A DNA stretch of 64,000 nt from Mobula hypostoma (Eukaryota), in NCBI RefSeq assembly GCF_963921235.1, contig NC_086097.1:248684001-248748000 (forward strand), given 5' to 3'. The notes beneath the pieces are model-generated. The model ran no database searches. It had not been told where the DNA came from and saw only the letters and a program-made list of their open reading frames with translations. This document shows, piece after piece, positions 37,042 to 49,995 of this stretch. Within the stretch, counting starts at the first letter, position 1, and every line of letters starts with the position of its first letter. The translations under genes were made by a program, and so were the position numbers.

Positions 37042-38984
37042 CAAGAGAAAATCTGCAGATGCTGGAAGTCCAAACATCTCACACAAAATGCTGGAGGAGC
37101 TCGGCAGGCCAGGTGGTATCTATGGAAAAGAGCACAGTTGAGGTTTTGGGCCGAGACCCTTTATCAGGACTGGAAAAAAAGATGAGGAGTCAGAGTAAGA
37201 AAGTGGGGAGAGGCGAAGAAGAAGCACAAGGTGACAGGTGAAACCGGAGTGGGGTGGGGGAGTGGTGAAGGAAAGAGCTGGGAAGTTGACTGGTAAAAGA
37301 GATACAGGGCTGGAAAAGGGGGAGTCGGATAGGAGAGGACAGAAGGCCATGGAAGAAAGAAAAGGGGGGAGGAGCACCAGAGGGAGGCGATGAGCAGGTA
37401 AGGAGTTAAGGTGAGAGAGGGGATAGGGGATGGGGAATGGTGAAGGACAGAGGCAACACATTACTGGAAGTTCGAGAAGTCGATGTTCATGCCATCAGGT
37501 TGGATGCTACCTAGACGGAATATAAGGAGTTGTTCCTCCAACCTGAGTGTGGCCTTATCGCAACAGTAGAGGAGGCCATGAACTGACATGCCGGAATGGG
37601 AATGGGAAGTGGAATCAAAATAGGCGGCCACTCGGCGATCCCGTTTTTTCCAATGGATGGAGCGTGGTCCCCAGTGAAGCAGTCTCCCAATCTGTGCCGG
37701 GTCTCACCAGTATACAGGAGGCCACACCGGGAACACCGGATACAGTAGATGACCCCAAAAGACTCACAGGTGAAGTATCACCTCACCTGGAAGGACTGTT
37801 TGGGGCCTGGGTGGTAGCGAGGGAGGAGGTGTGGGGGCAGGTGTAGCACTTGTTCTGCTTGCAAGGATAAGTACCAGGAGGGAGATCAATGGGGAGGGAC
37901 GAGTGGACAAGGTGGTTGTGTAGGGAGCGATCCCTGTGGTAAACAGAAAGTGGGGAGGAGGGAAAGATGTGCTTGGTGCTGAGGTCCTGTTGGAGATGGC
38001 ACAAGTTGTGGAGAATTATGTGCTAGATGCGAAGGCCAGTGGGTGGTAAGTGAGGTCAAGGGAACCCCATCCCTGGTGGGGTGGCGGGAGTATGGGGTGA
38101 GGGCAGATGTGCACGAAATGACAGAGGCGCGGTTGAGGAAAGCTCCTTCCTTTGAGAAAGGAGGATATCTGCTTTGTTCTGGAATGCCTCATCCTGAGAT
38201 CAGATGCGATGGAGATGGAGGAATTGAGGGAAGAGAATGGCGGTTTTACAAGTGATATGTTGGGAGGAGGTACAGTCCAGGTAGCTGTGAGAGCCAGTAA
38301 GTTTATAATAGACATCAGTAGATAAGCTGTCTCCAGGGAGATAGAGACAGAGAGATCGAGAAAAGGGGGGAGGGGAAGGTTGGGAAATGGACCAGGTAAA
38401 CTTAAGGGCAGGGTGGAAGTTGGAAGCAAAGTTGATGAAGTGAACAAGCTCTGCATGGGGGCAGGAAGCAGCACCAATGCAGTCATCGATGTAGCGTAGA
38501 AAGAGTTAGGGAGTGATGCCAGTGTAGGCTTGGAACATAGACTGTTCCACATAGCTGACAAACAGGCAGGCATTGCTGGGACCCATGTGAGTGCTCATTG
38601 CTACACCATTTGTTTGAAGGACGTGGGAGGAGCCAAAGGAAAAATTATTGAGAATGAGGACAAGTTCTGCTAGACAGAGGAGAGTGATGGTGGAGGGAAA
38701 CTGGTCTGGTGTCTAAAAAAAAACTGAGAGCTTTGAGGCCTTCCTGAAGGGGGATGGAAGTGTATAGGGACTGGACATCCATGGTGAAAGTAAGATGCTC
38801 GGGGCCAGGGAGCTTGAAATCCTTGAAAAGATCAAGAGCGTGTGAGCTGTCATGGATGTATGTAGGAAGGGACTGAACCGGGGCGATAAAACTGAGTCGA
38901 GGTAAGCAGTGGGGCAGGAACAAGCAGAAACAATGGGTCTACCTGGACAGACAGGTTTGTGGATCTTGGGTAGGAGGTAGAAAC
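37042..38984 (-). mobile_element. Decayed Penelope-like element: RT, GIY-YIG region and pseudo-LTR
   Basis: FYLLPKIHKP..PGRPIVS, FTMDVQSLYTSIP, PGTYPCKQNKCYTC; TSD GTGCTATACCTT / GTGCTACACCTT at 37030-37041 and 38985-38996. Confidence 0.88.
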
Positions 38985-39439
38985 GTGCTACACCTTGTCC
39001 AAGGCTAGCAGAGGGAAGAAGCACCTTTTGTAGAGATGTATCTCCACCCTGCCACCTCCTTGTTGACAGGGAAAACAAAATCTAGTTTTTGCCTAGACTT
39101 TGGACAGGATTTTGATTAAGCTGTTATCGCAACAGAGGCATCATTACAGTTGTGTCATTGAACTTAACAGGAGTTCAAATTGTCGCAGTGTTGGAGTGTC
39201 GTGCTAGTCTCCCATTTCAACCCACAAAGAATTATTATGTTATGTTATGCTATTAGACTTGGCAGCTTATCCCGTCTAACTAATTGAGGAGTAGTTTGGC
39301 ACTATATATCGTTGCTATTCCAGTGTAATTGAAGAGGAGAGCCTCAGTGGATTTGCTTTGGAAAAGCTAACTTCACACCACCGCATGATTCATTTGTTTA
39401 ATCTCTGTATTGTTTTTCTGTTAAAAAGAACATCACTGC

Positions 39440-40105
39440 TTTCAAAGTTCAAAGTAAATTTTATTCTCAGAGTACATACATGTCACCACATACAACCCTG
39501 AGATTCTTTTCCTGTGGGCATACTCAACAAATCTATTGAACAGTAACTGTAACAGGATCAATGAAAGATCAACCAGAGTGCAGAAGACAATAAACTGTGT
39601 GAAAGCAAATATGAATAAATAGCAATAAATAACAAGAAGATGAGATAACAAGACAAAGAGTCCTTAAAGTATGATCATTGGTTATGTGAACATCTCAATG
39701 GATGGGCAAGTGAGCGTAGTTAAGCCCTGTTGTTTAAGAGCCTGATAGTTATGGGGTAGTAACTGTTCTTGAACGTGGTGGTGTGAGTCCTGAGACTCTT
39801 GTATCTTCTACCTGATGGCAGCAGCGAGAAGAGAGCGTGGTCTGGGTGGTGAGGATCTCTGATGATGGATGCTGCTTTCCTGTGACAGCGTTTCAAGTAG
39901 ATGTGCTCAGTGACACTCACAACACGCTGGCGGAACTCAGCAGGTCGGGCAGCATCCGTGGAAACGTTGACTGATCGTTTCCACGGATGCTGCCCGACCT
40001 GCTGAGTTCCTCCAGCGTGGTTGTGAGTCTTGCTTTGATCCCAGCATCTGCAGAGTATTTTGTGTTTAAGATGTGCTCAGTGGTTGGCAGGGCTTTGCCT
40101 GTGAG
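39440..40105 (-). mobile_element. Rex1/Babar-like 3' fragment hosting a PLE mini-hairpin
   Basis: KAASIIRDPHHPDHALFSLLPSGRRYKSL..FKNSYYP; (TTTGAAC)n tail. Confidence 0.75.
39913..40068. mobile_element. 156-bp fold-back PLE pseudo-LTR insertion
   Basis: ~50-bp inverted arms; TSD AGATGTGCTCAGTG at 39899-39912 and 40069-40082. Confidence 0.88.
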
Positions 40106-40998
40106 ATGGTGAGTAAGATATGTGTGTCATAAATTAAAGATATTTCTTGGAAGCAGGCAATCAGAATTGGAATCAGGCCGCAAGATCCCTCTGCTCTCAC
40201 CATATCATTGGGACAGCAAACAGAATTGACTTCTGATTACCTCTCTATGCACACAGTATAGAGCATCAATGTGATTGCAAACCGATATGCATGTAAACGC
40301 AATGCATAGAACAGTGTGTGTGTGTGTGAAGCATTTGTAGCCTTTCTAAAATGTGTCCTGCCATGCAGCATCTGCCCTGCCTAAGCATACCTGGACAAGA
40401 TCAAAACTCTTCAGCTTACATTGTGGGCAATATTTTAATAGACCTGAATTATGAATTGAAATAACAAATATTGGTGATTTAAAAAAAAAGGTGCATGATA
40501 GGGGAATTTCAAGGTTATTTACAAGATCAGCAACCCAAAATCCATAAGATACATCCACAAGTATTGAGGAAGTAAACTCTTTGTTGTCCAGTGTTATCAA
40601 TGACATCAGGGAGCTTAGAAAACTAGAGAGCTATGGGTAACCCTAGGTAATTTCTAAAGTAAGGACATGTTCAGCCCAGCTTTGTGGGCCGAAGGACCTG
40701 TATTGTGCTGTTGGTTTTCTATGTTTCTAGAATAACGTAGAACATTACAGCACAGTACAGGCCCTTCGGCCCACAATGTTGTGCCGACCCTTTAACCTAC
40801 TCTAAAATCAGTCTAACTCTTCCCTCCTGCGTAACCCTCCATTTTAATAGCATTCATGTGTCGAATCTCATGACCTCTGTAGCTTTACAATGTACAGTGC
40901 ATGCCATAATAAAATTACCCTAAGTTGCAATAGATTTATTTCTTCTGGGTGCTTCAGTTTCCTCTCACATTTCAAAGACATGTGGGTTAGTTGGTTAA

Positions 40999-41101
40999 GC
41001 AACACACATCAAAGTTGCTGGTGAACGCAGCAGGCCAGGCAGCATCTCTAGGAAGAGGTGCAGTCGACGTTTCAGGCCGAGACCCTTCGTCAGGACTAGA
41101 C
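40999..41101 (-). mobile_element. 103-bp PLE pseudo-LTR insertion with intact hammerhead motif (41062-41097)
   Basis: TSD GGGTTAGTTGGTTAA at 40984-40998 and 41102-41116; minus AGTC-CTGACGA-AGG..CCT-GAAACGTC^GACT. Confidence 0.88.
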
Positions 41102-41589
41102 GGGTTAGTTGGTTAATTGGTCACATGGGTGTAATTGGATGGTACAGACATGATAGGCTGTGCGATATCTCCAAATTACATTATATAAGTCAACACCAAT
41201 CTAACCCTTCTCTTCCACATAGCCCTCCACTTTTCTTTCAGTCGTATACCATCCAGGAGTCTCTTAAATGTCTTTAAGGTACAGAACTGTTCAAATGTCT
41301 TAGGTACCCTAGCTATATATATGTGCTCAGGACTTTTACACTATGTTGTAGCGATTTTTTGTATTGCGCTGTACTGCTGCTGCAGGAAAAAAACCGATTC
41401 CATGACATATATAATTGATGATGAACCTGATTCCGATATGGGTTTCTATTGTGGACTGAGAGTGGGGGGGGGTGATATTCAAGACTTAAGATTCATTTTT
41501 TTTAAGCAAAGAATGTATAAATTATACAACCTTGAGATTTGCTTGCTCACAGGTAGCCACAAAGCAAGAAACCCAATGAATTTACTGTG

Positions 41590-43210
41590 AAAGACACTAG
41601 CTGTATGCTGGAAGTCTGTGAGTGTCAGCGAGAAGGAGTGAGTGCCAGCTGAACTGAAAGTTCTTAAGGTGGATAAGTCACCTGGACCAGATAGACTACA
41701 GCCAAGTCCTGACAGAGGTTGCTGAAAAGATAACGGATGCACTGGTCATGATCTTTCAAGAATCACTTGATTCTGGCATGGTTCCAGAGGACTGGAAAAT
41801 TGCAAATGTCACTCCACTCTTTAAGAAGGGAGGAGGACAAAAACAGAGGGAATTATAGGCCATTTAGCCTAATCTCTGTGGGTGGGAAGGTGTTGGAGTC
41901 CGTTAGTAAGGACGAGGGTTTTGGGTTATGTGGAAATAAGTCAAAGTCAGTATGGTTTCTGTAAAGGAAAATCTTGCCTGACAAATCTGTTACAGTTCTT
42001 TGAGGAAGTAACAAGCAAGGTAGACAAAGGAGAGGCAGTGGATGTCATTGATTTGGATTTTCAGAAGGCATTTGATAAGGTGCCTCACATGATAAAGTCC
42101 TGTGGTATTACAGGAAAGATACTGGCATGGACAGTGGGATGGCTGACAGGCAGGAGGCAGCGAGTGGGAATAAAGGGGCCTTTTCTGTTTGCCTGTCAGT
42201 GACTAGTGGTGTTCCTCAGGAGTCAGTATTGGAACCATTACTTTTCACATTGTTTGTCAATGATTTAGATAATGGAATTGATGGCTTTGTGGCAAAGTTT
42301 GCAGATGATGCAAAGATAGGTGGAGGGGTAGGTGGTGCTGAGGAAGCAATGTGATTATAGCAGGACAAATTGAAAGAATGGGCAAAAAAGAGGCAGGTGG
42401 AAGACAGTGTTGGGAAATCTATGATAATGCATTTTGGTAAAAGGAACAATGGTGCAGACTATTATCTAAATGGGGAGAAAATTCAAATATCAGAGATGCA
42501 AAGGTACATGGAAGTCCTCATGCAAGACTCACAGATAGTTAAGTCTGTGGTAAAGAAGGCAAATGCAATGTTGGCATTTATTTCAAGGGAAATAGAATAT
42601 AAAAGCAAGGAGATAATGCTGAGGCTTTATAATGCTAGACCGGCTGCTCTTGGAATACTGTCAACAGTTTTGGGCCCTTTATCACTGGAAGGATGTATTG
42701 TCATTGGAGAGAGTCCAGAGGAGGTTCATGAGGATGATTCTGGGAATGCAGTGGTTAAGATATGAGGAGCATTTGGCAGATTTGGGCCGGTACACACTGT
42801 AATTTAGAAGAATGTGGGGGATTTCATTGAAAACTACCGAATGTTGAAAGAACTAGATGAGGTGGATGTGGAGAGGATGTTTCCTCTGGTGGGGGTATCC
42901 AGAACTAGACGGCACACACTCAGAATTGAGGGGTGACCTTTTAGAACCAAGGTAAGAAGAAGTTTTTTTAGCCAAAGAGTGTTGAATCTGCGGAATACAC
43001 TGCCACAGACTGCGGTGGAGGCCAAGTCTGTGGGTATATTTGAAGTGGAAGTTGATAGATTCCTGATTGCTTGGGCCATTAAGGGACATGGTGAGAGGGC
43101 AGGTGTATGGGTTTGAATGGGACCTGGAGTCAGACATGATGAAATGGAGGAGCAGACTTGATTGGCTGAATGGGCAAATTCTGCTCCTATGTCTTAATGT
43201 GTTATGGTCT
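41590..43210 (+). mobile_element. Degraded CR1 ORF2 (RT) and 3' UTR
   Basis: [30 protein letters not shown] across frames. Confidence 0.88.
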
Positions 43211-43211
43211 A

Positions 43212-43590
43212 AAATGCTGGAGGAACTCAACAAGTCAGGCAGCATCTAGGAGGGGAATAAGCGGTCGACGTTTTGGGTCGAGACCCTTAATCAGGACTGG
43301 AAAGGAAGGGGGAAGATGTCACAATAAAAGAGTGGTGGGGGGAAGTAGGGTAGCTGGAAGGTGAGCGGTGAAGCCAGGTGGGTGGGAAAGATAAAGGGCT
43401 GGAGAGGAAGGAATCTGATAGGAGAGGAGAGTGGACCATAGGAGAAAGGAAAGGAGGAAGGGACCTCAGGGGGAGGTAATAGGTAAGTGAGGAGAGGTAA
43501 GAGGCCAGAGTTGGGGACAGAAGAGGGGAGTGGGAGGGAATTTTTTTACCAGAAGGAGAAATCGATATTCATGCCATCAGGTTGGAAGCT
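43212..43590 (-). mobile_element. PLE pseudo-LTR/3' fragment with degenerate hammerhead
   Basis: GCTGGAGGAACTCA..GTCGACGTTTTGGGTCGAGACCC..ATGCCATCAGGTTGG shared with other PLE copies. Confidence 0.75.
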
Positions 43591-44169
43591 GATAGAGGTT
43601 CAAGCAGTGAAATTGTGAAAAGGGTTGATTTTCATTTTGTTAATTAACATTATTATTTCCTTGAAAAGAGCTTCTTTCAGAGTGCAGTGAGCAGACAGAC
43701 AGCAGACCGATGCCAGTTCAACATGTTGGAATGTCGTATTTCAACAAAGACTCCAGTGGTTGGAACTGAAAGGAATGTTCATAGATCTGCTTGCAAGTTT
43801 CTCAAATCTCAACACTAAGTTATATTATTCAATGAATCATTCACAACATCAAATTAAATCATTGTAAATGTAAAGTTAATAATACCGTGGCTGTAATTTG
43901 GCATCAATAATGGGCGCTGTTAAATATAAGTTTGGTTTCATTTCACATACCCATTGCTGTAACCCTCTGTAACAGCAACCAATGTGCAAGCACCCTGAAC
44001 CACCTCTTTCAGAAAAACCTCTTTGATCAAGGCAATGAAAGACAGAATCAAGGGCCTTAACTTCCAAGCTGAGAGATTTGCATCACCATTTGATCCATTT
44101 CCCTGCACAGACCCTCCCATTCCCCAGGCTCTCTGAATTGCCAACTCTGAAAATACTTCACTCTATGAG

Positions 44170-44690
44170 GAGATGAGGTATGGAAGTCCCACTGGCCAGG
44201 AACAGAAGAGACTGAAGAAAGTGAATACAGCCCAGTCCATCACAGACACCCCCCCCCCACCCCCCAGAGTATATTTACAAGGAGTGCTGCCACAAGAAAG
44301 CAGCTTTTATTGTCAAGGAGCTCACCATCCAGGCCATGCTTTCCTCTTGCTGTGAGAAGGAGGTACAAGAGCCTCAGGACTCACACCATCAGGTTCCGGA
44401 ACCATCATCACCCCTCAACCATCAGGCCCCTGAACCAATGTGGATAGCTTCACTCACCTCAACACTGAACTGACTCCACACACTCACTTTCAAGTACTCT
44501 ACAACTTGTGTCATCAGTATTATTTATTTACTTATTTGTTAATCATTTTTATTATTTGAACAATTTGGCTCCTTTTGCACATTGGCTGCTTGTCATTCTT
44601 TGCTTATGTAGAACTTCTTTTCATAAATTTTACTGCATTTCTTTATTTTCCTCTTGGATGTCTATGGAAAATGAATCTCAAGGTGGTAAA
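44170..44690 (+). mobile_element. Rex1/Babar-like 3' fragment (tail resumes ~45275-45310)
   Basis: KKVNTAQSIT..HHPGHAF..RRYKSLRTHT motifs. Confidence 0.65.
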
Positions 44691-44696
44691 AGCTCC

Positions 44697-45271
44697 CACT
44701 CAGGGGCCACTTTATTAGGTATCTCCTGTACCCAATAAAGTGGCCACTGAGTGTATGTTCCAGGTCTTCTGCTGCTGTAGCCCATCCATGTCAAGGTTTG
44801 ACGTGCCGTGCGTTCAGAGATGCTCTCCTGCACACCACTGCCGTGACATGCGGTTATCTGAGTTACTGTCACTTTCTTGTCAGCCTGGCCATTCTCCTCT
44901 GACCTCGCTGATTGACAAGGCGTTTTTGCTCACTGAATTGCCACTCACCGGATCTATTTTTTGCTTTGTTTGTTTTTTGCACCATTCTCTGTAAACTCCA
45001 GACGCTAGAGTCGAGAGACTGTTGTGTGCGAAAATCCCAGGAGATCAGCAGTTTCTGAGATACTCAAATCACCCCATCTGGCACCAACAATCATTCCATG
45101 GTCAAAGTCACTTAGATCACATTCCTTCCCCATTTGGTTGTTTGGTCTGAACAACAACTGAACCTCTTGACCATGTCTGAATGCTTTTATGCATTGAGTT
45201 GCCGTCATGTGATTGGCTGATTAGAAATTTGCACTAATGAGCTGATGTACCTAATAAAGTGGCCACTGAGT
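44697..45271 (-). mobile_element. Internally deleted Tc1/mariner element
   Basis: TIRs CACTCAGGGGCCACTTTATTAGGTA / TACCTAATAAAGTGGCCACTGAGTG followed by TA; MGKECDLSDFDHGMIVGAR..ISETADLLGFSHTTVSR (HTH). Confidence 0.85.
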
Positions 45272-45454
45272 GTATATGTACTTTGATAATAAATTTACCT
45301 TGACTTTGACGTCAATTTACTGGGCCAGATCTTGACCTTGTGCAAGAGTGTTGTAAGCTATTAGCCTTCTCAATGATCCCCTTGGTGAGGCAAGTGACAT
45401 ACGCTGCCGGGTTACCAGACTCAACAACATCAAGACCAGCTCCCTGATACTTTA

Positions 45455-46872
45455 TACCAGGGCTGGGAAATGAATATTCAGGGATACTGTATACGTCCTA
45501 TCGAAAGGACAGAGAGGTTGGCAGAGGGGGTGGGGTGGCTCTGTCGGTGAGGAATGAAATTCAGTCACTTGCGAGGGGGGACATAGAATCAGGAGATGTA
45601 GAGTCAGTATGGATAGAACTGAGAAACTGTAAGGGCAAAAAGACCCTAATGGGAGTTATCTACAGGCCCCCTAACAGTAGCCTGGATAAAGGGTGCAAGT
45701 TGAATCAAGAGTTCAAATTGGCATATCGCAAAGGTAATGCTACAGTTGTTATGGGGGATTTCAACATGCAGGTAGACTGGGAAAATCAGGTTGGTACTGG
45801 ACCCCAAGAAAGGGAGTTTGTGGAGTGCCTCAGAGATGGATTCTTAGAGCAGCTTGTACTGGAGCCTACCAGAGAGAAGGCAATTCTGGATCTAATGTTG
45901 TGTAATGGACCGGATTTGATAAGGGAATTCAAGGTGAAGGAGCTCGAGGTAATGACCATAATATGATAAGTTTTAAACTACAATTTGAGAGGGAGAAGGG
46001 AAGATCGGAAGTGTCAGTATTACAGTTGAACAAAGGGGACTATGGACCCATGAGGGAGGAGCTGGCCAAAGTTGACTGGAAAGATACCCTAGCAGGGATG
46101 ACAGTGGAACAACAATGGCAGGTATTTCTGGGAATATTACAGAAGGTGCAGGATCAGTTCATTCCAAAGAGGAAGAAAGATCCTAAGGGGAGTAAGGGAC
46201 GACCGTGGCTGACAAGGGAAGTCAAGGACAGTATAAAAATAAAAGAGAAGAAGTATAACATAGCAAGGATGAGTGGGAAGCCAGAGGATTGGGAGACTTT
46301 TAAGGAGCAACAGAAGATAACTAAAAAGGCAATGCGGGGGGGAAAAGATGAGGTACGAAGGTAAGCTAGCCAAGAGTATAAAAGAGGATAGTAAAAGCTT
46401 CTTTAGGTATGTGAAGAGGAAAAAATTAGTTAAGACCGAAGTTGGGCCCTTGAAGACAAAATCTCCCAGACGTAATAGTGGCCAGAGGACCTAGGGTAAA
46501 CAGAGGAACTAAAGGAAATTTGCATCAGGCAGAAAATGGTGTTGGGTAAACTGATGGGACTGAAGGTTGATAAATCCCCAGTTTAAGAATAAGGGGTAGA
46601 CAATTTAGAACGGAGTTGAGGAAAAACTTTTTCACACAGAGGGTTGTGGTTCTGTGGAATGCTCTGCTTCAGAAGGCAGTGGAGGCCAATTCTTTGGATT
46701 CTTTCAAGAAAGAGTTAGAAAGAGCTCTTAAAGATAGCAGAGTGAAGGGATATGGGGAGACGGCAGGAAAAGGATACTGATTGTGGATGATCAGCCATGA
46801 TCACAGTGAGTGGTGGTGCTGGCTTGAAGGGCTGAATGGCCTACTCCTGCACCTATTGTCTATTGTCTATTA
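45455..46872 (+). mobile_element. CR1 with endonuclease region joined to the extreme 3' end (RT absent)
   Basis: ESVWIELRN..YRPPN..MGDFN; jump at ~46580; (CTATTGT)n tail. Confidence 0.85.
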
Positions 46873-47400
46873 CAGTGGGGTGTATGGGGTGTCCAGGGAG
46901 GAGTACCACTTCTGGCGAAGGGGCTTGTCATGTCCAATCTGGGGTAGCTGGCTCACCTTTTGTCCCTTCTGGACCCTCAGCTCTCACCCGTGGCTCCATG
47001 TAGCTGTTTGCATACAACAGCAGCCACACCCCGGTACACTGCTTCAACAGGCGGGCTAAACCAGGTGAGGGTAAGCTGTGGCCTCATGACCCTGTTAGAT
47101 AGGGACACGCCTTTGCAGTGAGCTCTGGTGGACCGAGAGGATGAGATCTGCAGTGAGATACAACGGCCAGGAAGGACGTTCTACAATACTTCTGTGGGGA
47201 GCGAAAGGAATGACAAAGCACAGAGGCAGTCATGGTCATCCACTGCATCAAAGGAAGACCCCAGTTTGTGAAAACGACTCCTCTCCCCGGTCTCCTGAGA
47301 TTGAGAGAATGGACCTCCCCAGTGCAACGCCTTTTCCAGTTTAAAAACTCTCCCTCACAGGCTTCCTGTCATTGTCGGACATGGCAGACAACCAGCGCAG
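46873..47400 (+). repeat. Probable RTE-type 5' UTR-derived non-autonomous element
   Basis: GC-rich structured sequence (CTCTCACCCGTGGCTCC..GGCGGGCTAAACCAGGTGAGGG) resembling RTE-X leaders; recognised from memory only. Confidence 0.4.
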
Positions 47401-47717
47401 CACAGTACAGTACAGGTCTTCAGCCCACGATATTGGGCTGACCTTTCAGCTACTTGGTATAGCAGCACAACAGTGTGGCAAGCATATTGCTTTGGAGCAC
47501 CAGTTCAATTCCTACCACTGTCTGTAAGGAGTTTGTACGTTCTCCCCGTGTCTGCGTGGGTTACCTCCGGGTGCTCCGGTTTCCTCCCATGTTCCAAACG
47601 CACATGCGTTAGCACGTTAATTGGTCATGTGGGTGTAATTAGGCAGCGTGGGCTTGTTGGTCCTTGAGGGCCTGCTGCCGTGCTAAATTAAAATATGTAC
47701 TCCAATATCAATCTATC

Positions 47718-49995
47718 AGTGAACCAGAACTGATTAGAGAGCTTAAGGTGAAAGAACCCTTAGGGGAAAGCGATCATAATATGATTGAATTCACCCTGAA
47801 ATTTGAGAAGGAGAAGCTAAAGTCAAATGTATCAGTATTACAGTGGAGTAAAGAGAATTAAGAGGCATGAGGGAGGAGCTGGCTAGAATTGATTGGAAAA
47901 GAACACTGGCAGGGATGATGGCAGAGCAGCAATGGCAGGAATTTCTGGAAGCAATTCGGAAGACACAGGATATATACATCCCAAAGAGGAGGAACTATTT
48001 TAAAGGAATGATGACACAACCGTGGCTGAGAAAAGAAGTCAAAGCCAACATAAACACAAAAGAGAGGGCATAAAATAGACCAAATATTAGTGGGATGTTA
48101 GAGGATTGGGAAGCTTTTAAAAACCAACAGAAGGCAACTAAAAAAGTCATTAGGAAGGTGAAGATGGAAAACAAGAGTAGGCGAGCCAATAATATTAAAG
48201 AGGATACCAAAAGTTTCTTCAGATACATAAACTGTAAAAAAGAGAGGTGATAGTGGATATTGGACCACTGGAAAACAATGCTGAAGAGGTAGTAATAGGG
48301 GAGAACAAAATGCCGGAAGACCTGAATAAGTATTTTGCATCAGCCTTCACTGCAGAAGACACTAGCAGTATGGTGGAACTTCCTGATGTCAGGGGGCATG
48401 AAGTGTGTGAAGCTACTATTACTCAGGAGAAGGTTCTTGGAAATAGAAAGGTCTGAAGTTAGAAAAATCACCTGGACCTACACCACAAAGTTCTGAAAGA
48501 GGTGGCTGAAGAGATCGTGGAGATATTAGTAATGATCTTTAAAGAATTACTAGATTCTGAAATGGTCCCAGAAGACTGGAAAATTGTAAATGTCACTCCA
48601 CTCTTTAAAAAGGGAGAGAGGCAGAAGAAATTAAACTCTAGGCCAGTTAGTTTGATCTCAGTAGTTGAGAAGATATTGGAGTCGATTATTAAGGATAAGG
48701 TTTCAGCATATTTGGAGACACATGATAAAATAGGCCATAGTCAGCATGGTTTCCTTAAGGGAAAATCTTGGCTAACAAATCTGTTGGAATTCTTTGAAGC
48801 AGTAACAAGCAGGATAGACAAAGAAGAACCAGCTGATATTGTGTACTTGGACTTTCAGAAGGCCTTTGACAAGGTGCGACACGTGAGGCTGTTTAACAAG
48901 CTACGAGCCCATGGAAAGATTCTAGCATGGATAAAGCAGTGGCTGATAGGCAGGAGGCAAAGTTCGGGAATAAAGGGAGTCTTTTCTAGTTGGCCACCGG
49001 TGACTAGTGATGCTCCACAGGAGTCTGTGTTGGGACAGATTCTTATTACGTTATATGTCAATGATGTGGATGATAGAATTGATGGCCTTGTTGCAAAGTT
49101 TACAGACGATATGAAGCTAGTTGTAGGGGTAAATAGTTTTGAGGAAGTAGGGAGGCTACAGAAGGATTTAGACAGATTAGGAGAATGAGCAAAGAAGTGG
49201 TAGATGAAATACAGTGTCAGGAAGTGTATGGTCATGCATTTTGATAGAAGAAATGAAGGGGTTGACTATTTTCTAAATGGAGAGAAAATGCAAAAAAATG
49301 AGGCGCGATGTGTAGGATTCACTAAAGGTTAACTTGCAGGTTGAGTCTGTGGTGAGGAAGACAATTAGCATTCATTTCAAGAGGACAAGAATATAAAAGC
49401 AAGGATGTAACATTGAAACTTTATAAATCACTGGTGAGGCCTCATTTGGAGTGTTGTGAGCAGTTTTGGGCCTCTTATCTTAGAAGTGATGTGCTGAATC
49501 TGGAGAGGATTCAAAGGAGGTTCATGAAAATGATTCCAGGATTGAATGGATTGCCATATGAAGAGTGTCTGATGGCTCTGGGCCTGTATTCTCTAGAATT
49601 CAGAAAAATGAGGTGTGACTCATTGAAACCTATCAAATGGTGAAAGGCAATAGAGTGGATATGGAGAGGATATTTCCTATGGTAGGAGAGTCTAAGACTA
49701 GAGGACAGCCTCAGAATAGAGGTGCAACCTTTTAAAATGGAGATGAGGAGGAATTTCTTTTGCCAGGGAGAGTCGGGAATTTGTAAAATTCTTTGCCACA
49801 AACAGCTGTGGATGTCAAGTCTTTATGTATATTTAAAGCAGAGGTTGATAGATTCTTGATTGGTCAGGGCATGAAGGGATACAGGAGGAAGGCAGGAGAT
49901 TAGGGCTGGGAGGAAAAATTGGATCAGCCATGATGAAATGGTGAAGCAAACTCGATGGGCCAAATGGCCTAATTCTGCTCCTATATCTTATGGTC
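47718..49995 (+). mobile_element. Degraded CR1 ORF2 and 3' UTR
   Basis: SDHNMIEF; ORF 48502-49188 [22 protein letters not shown]. Confidence 0.9.
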
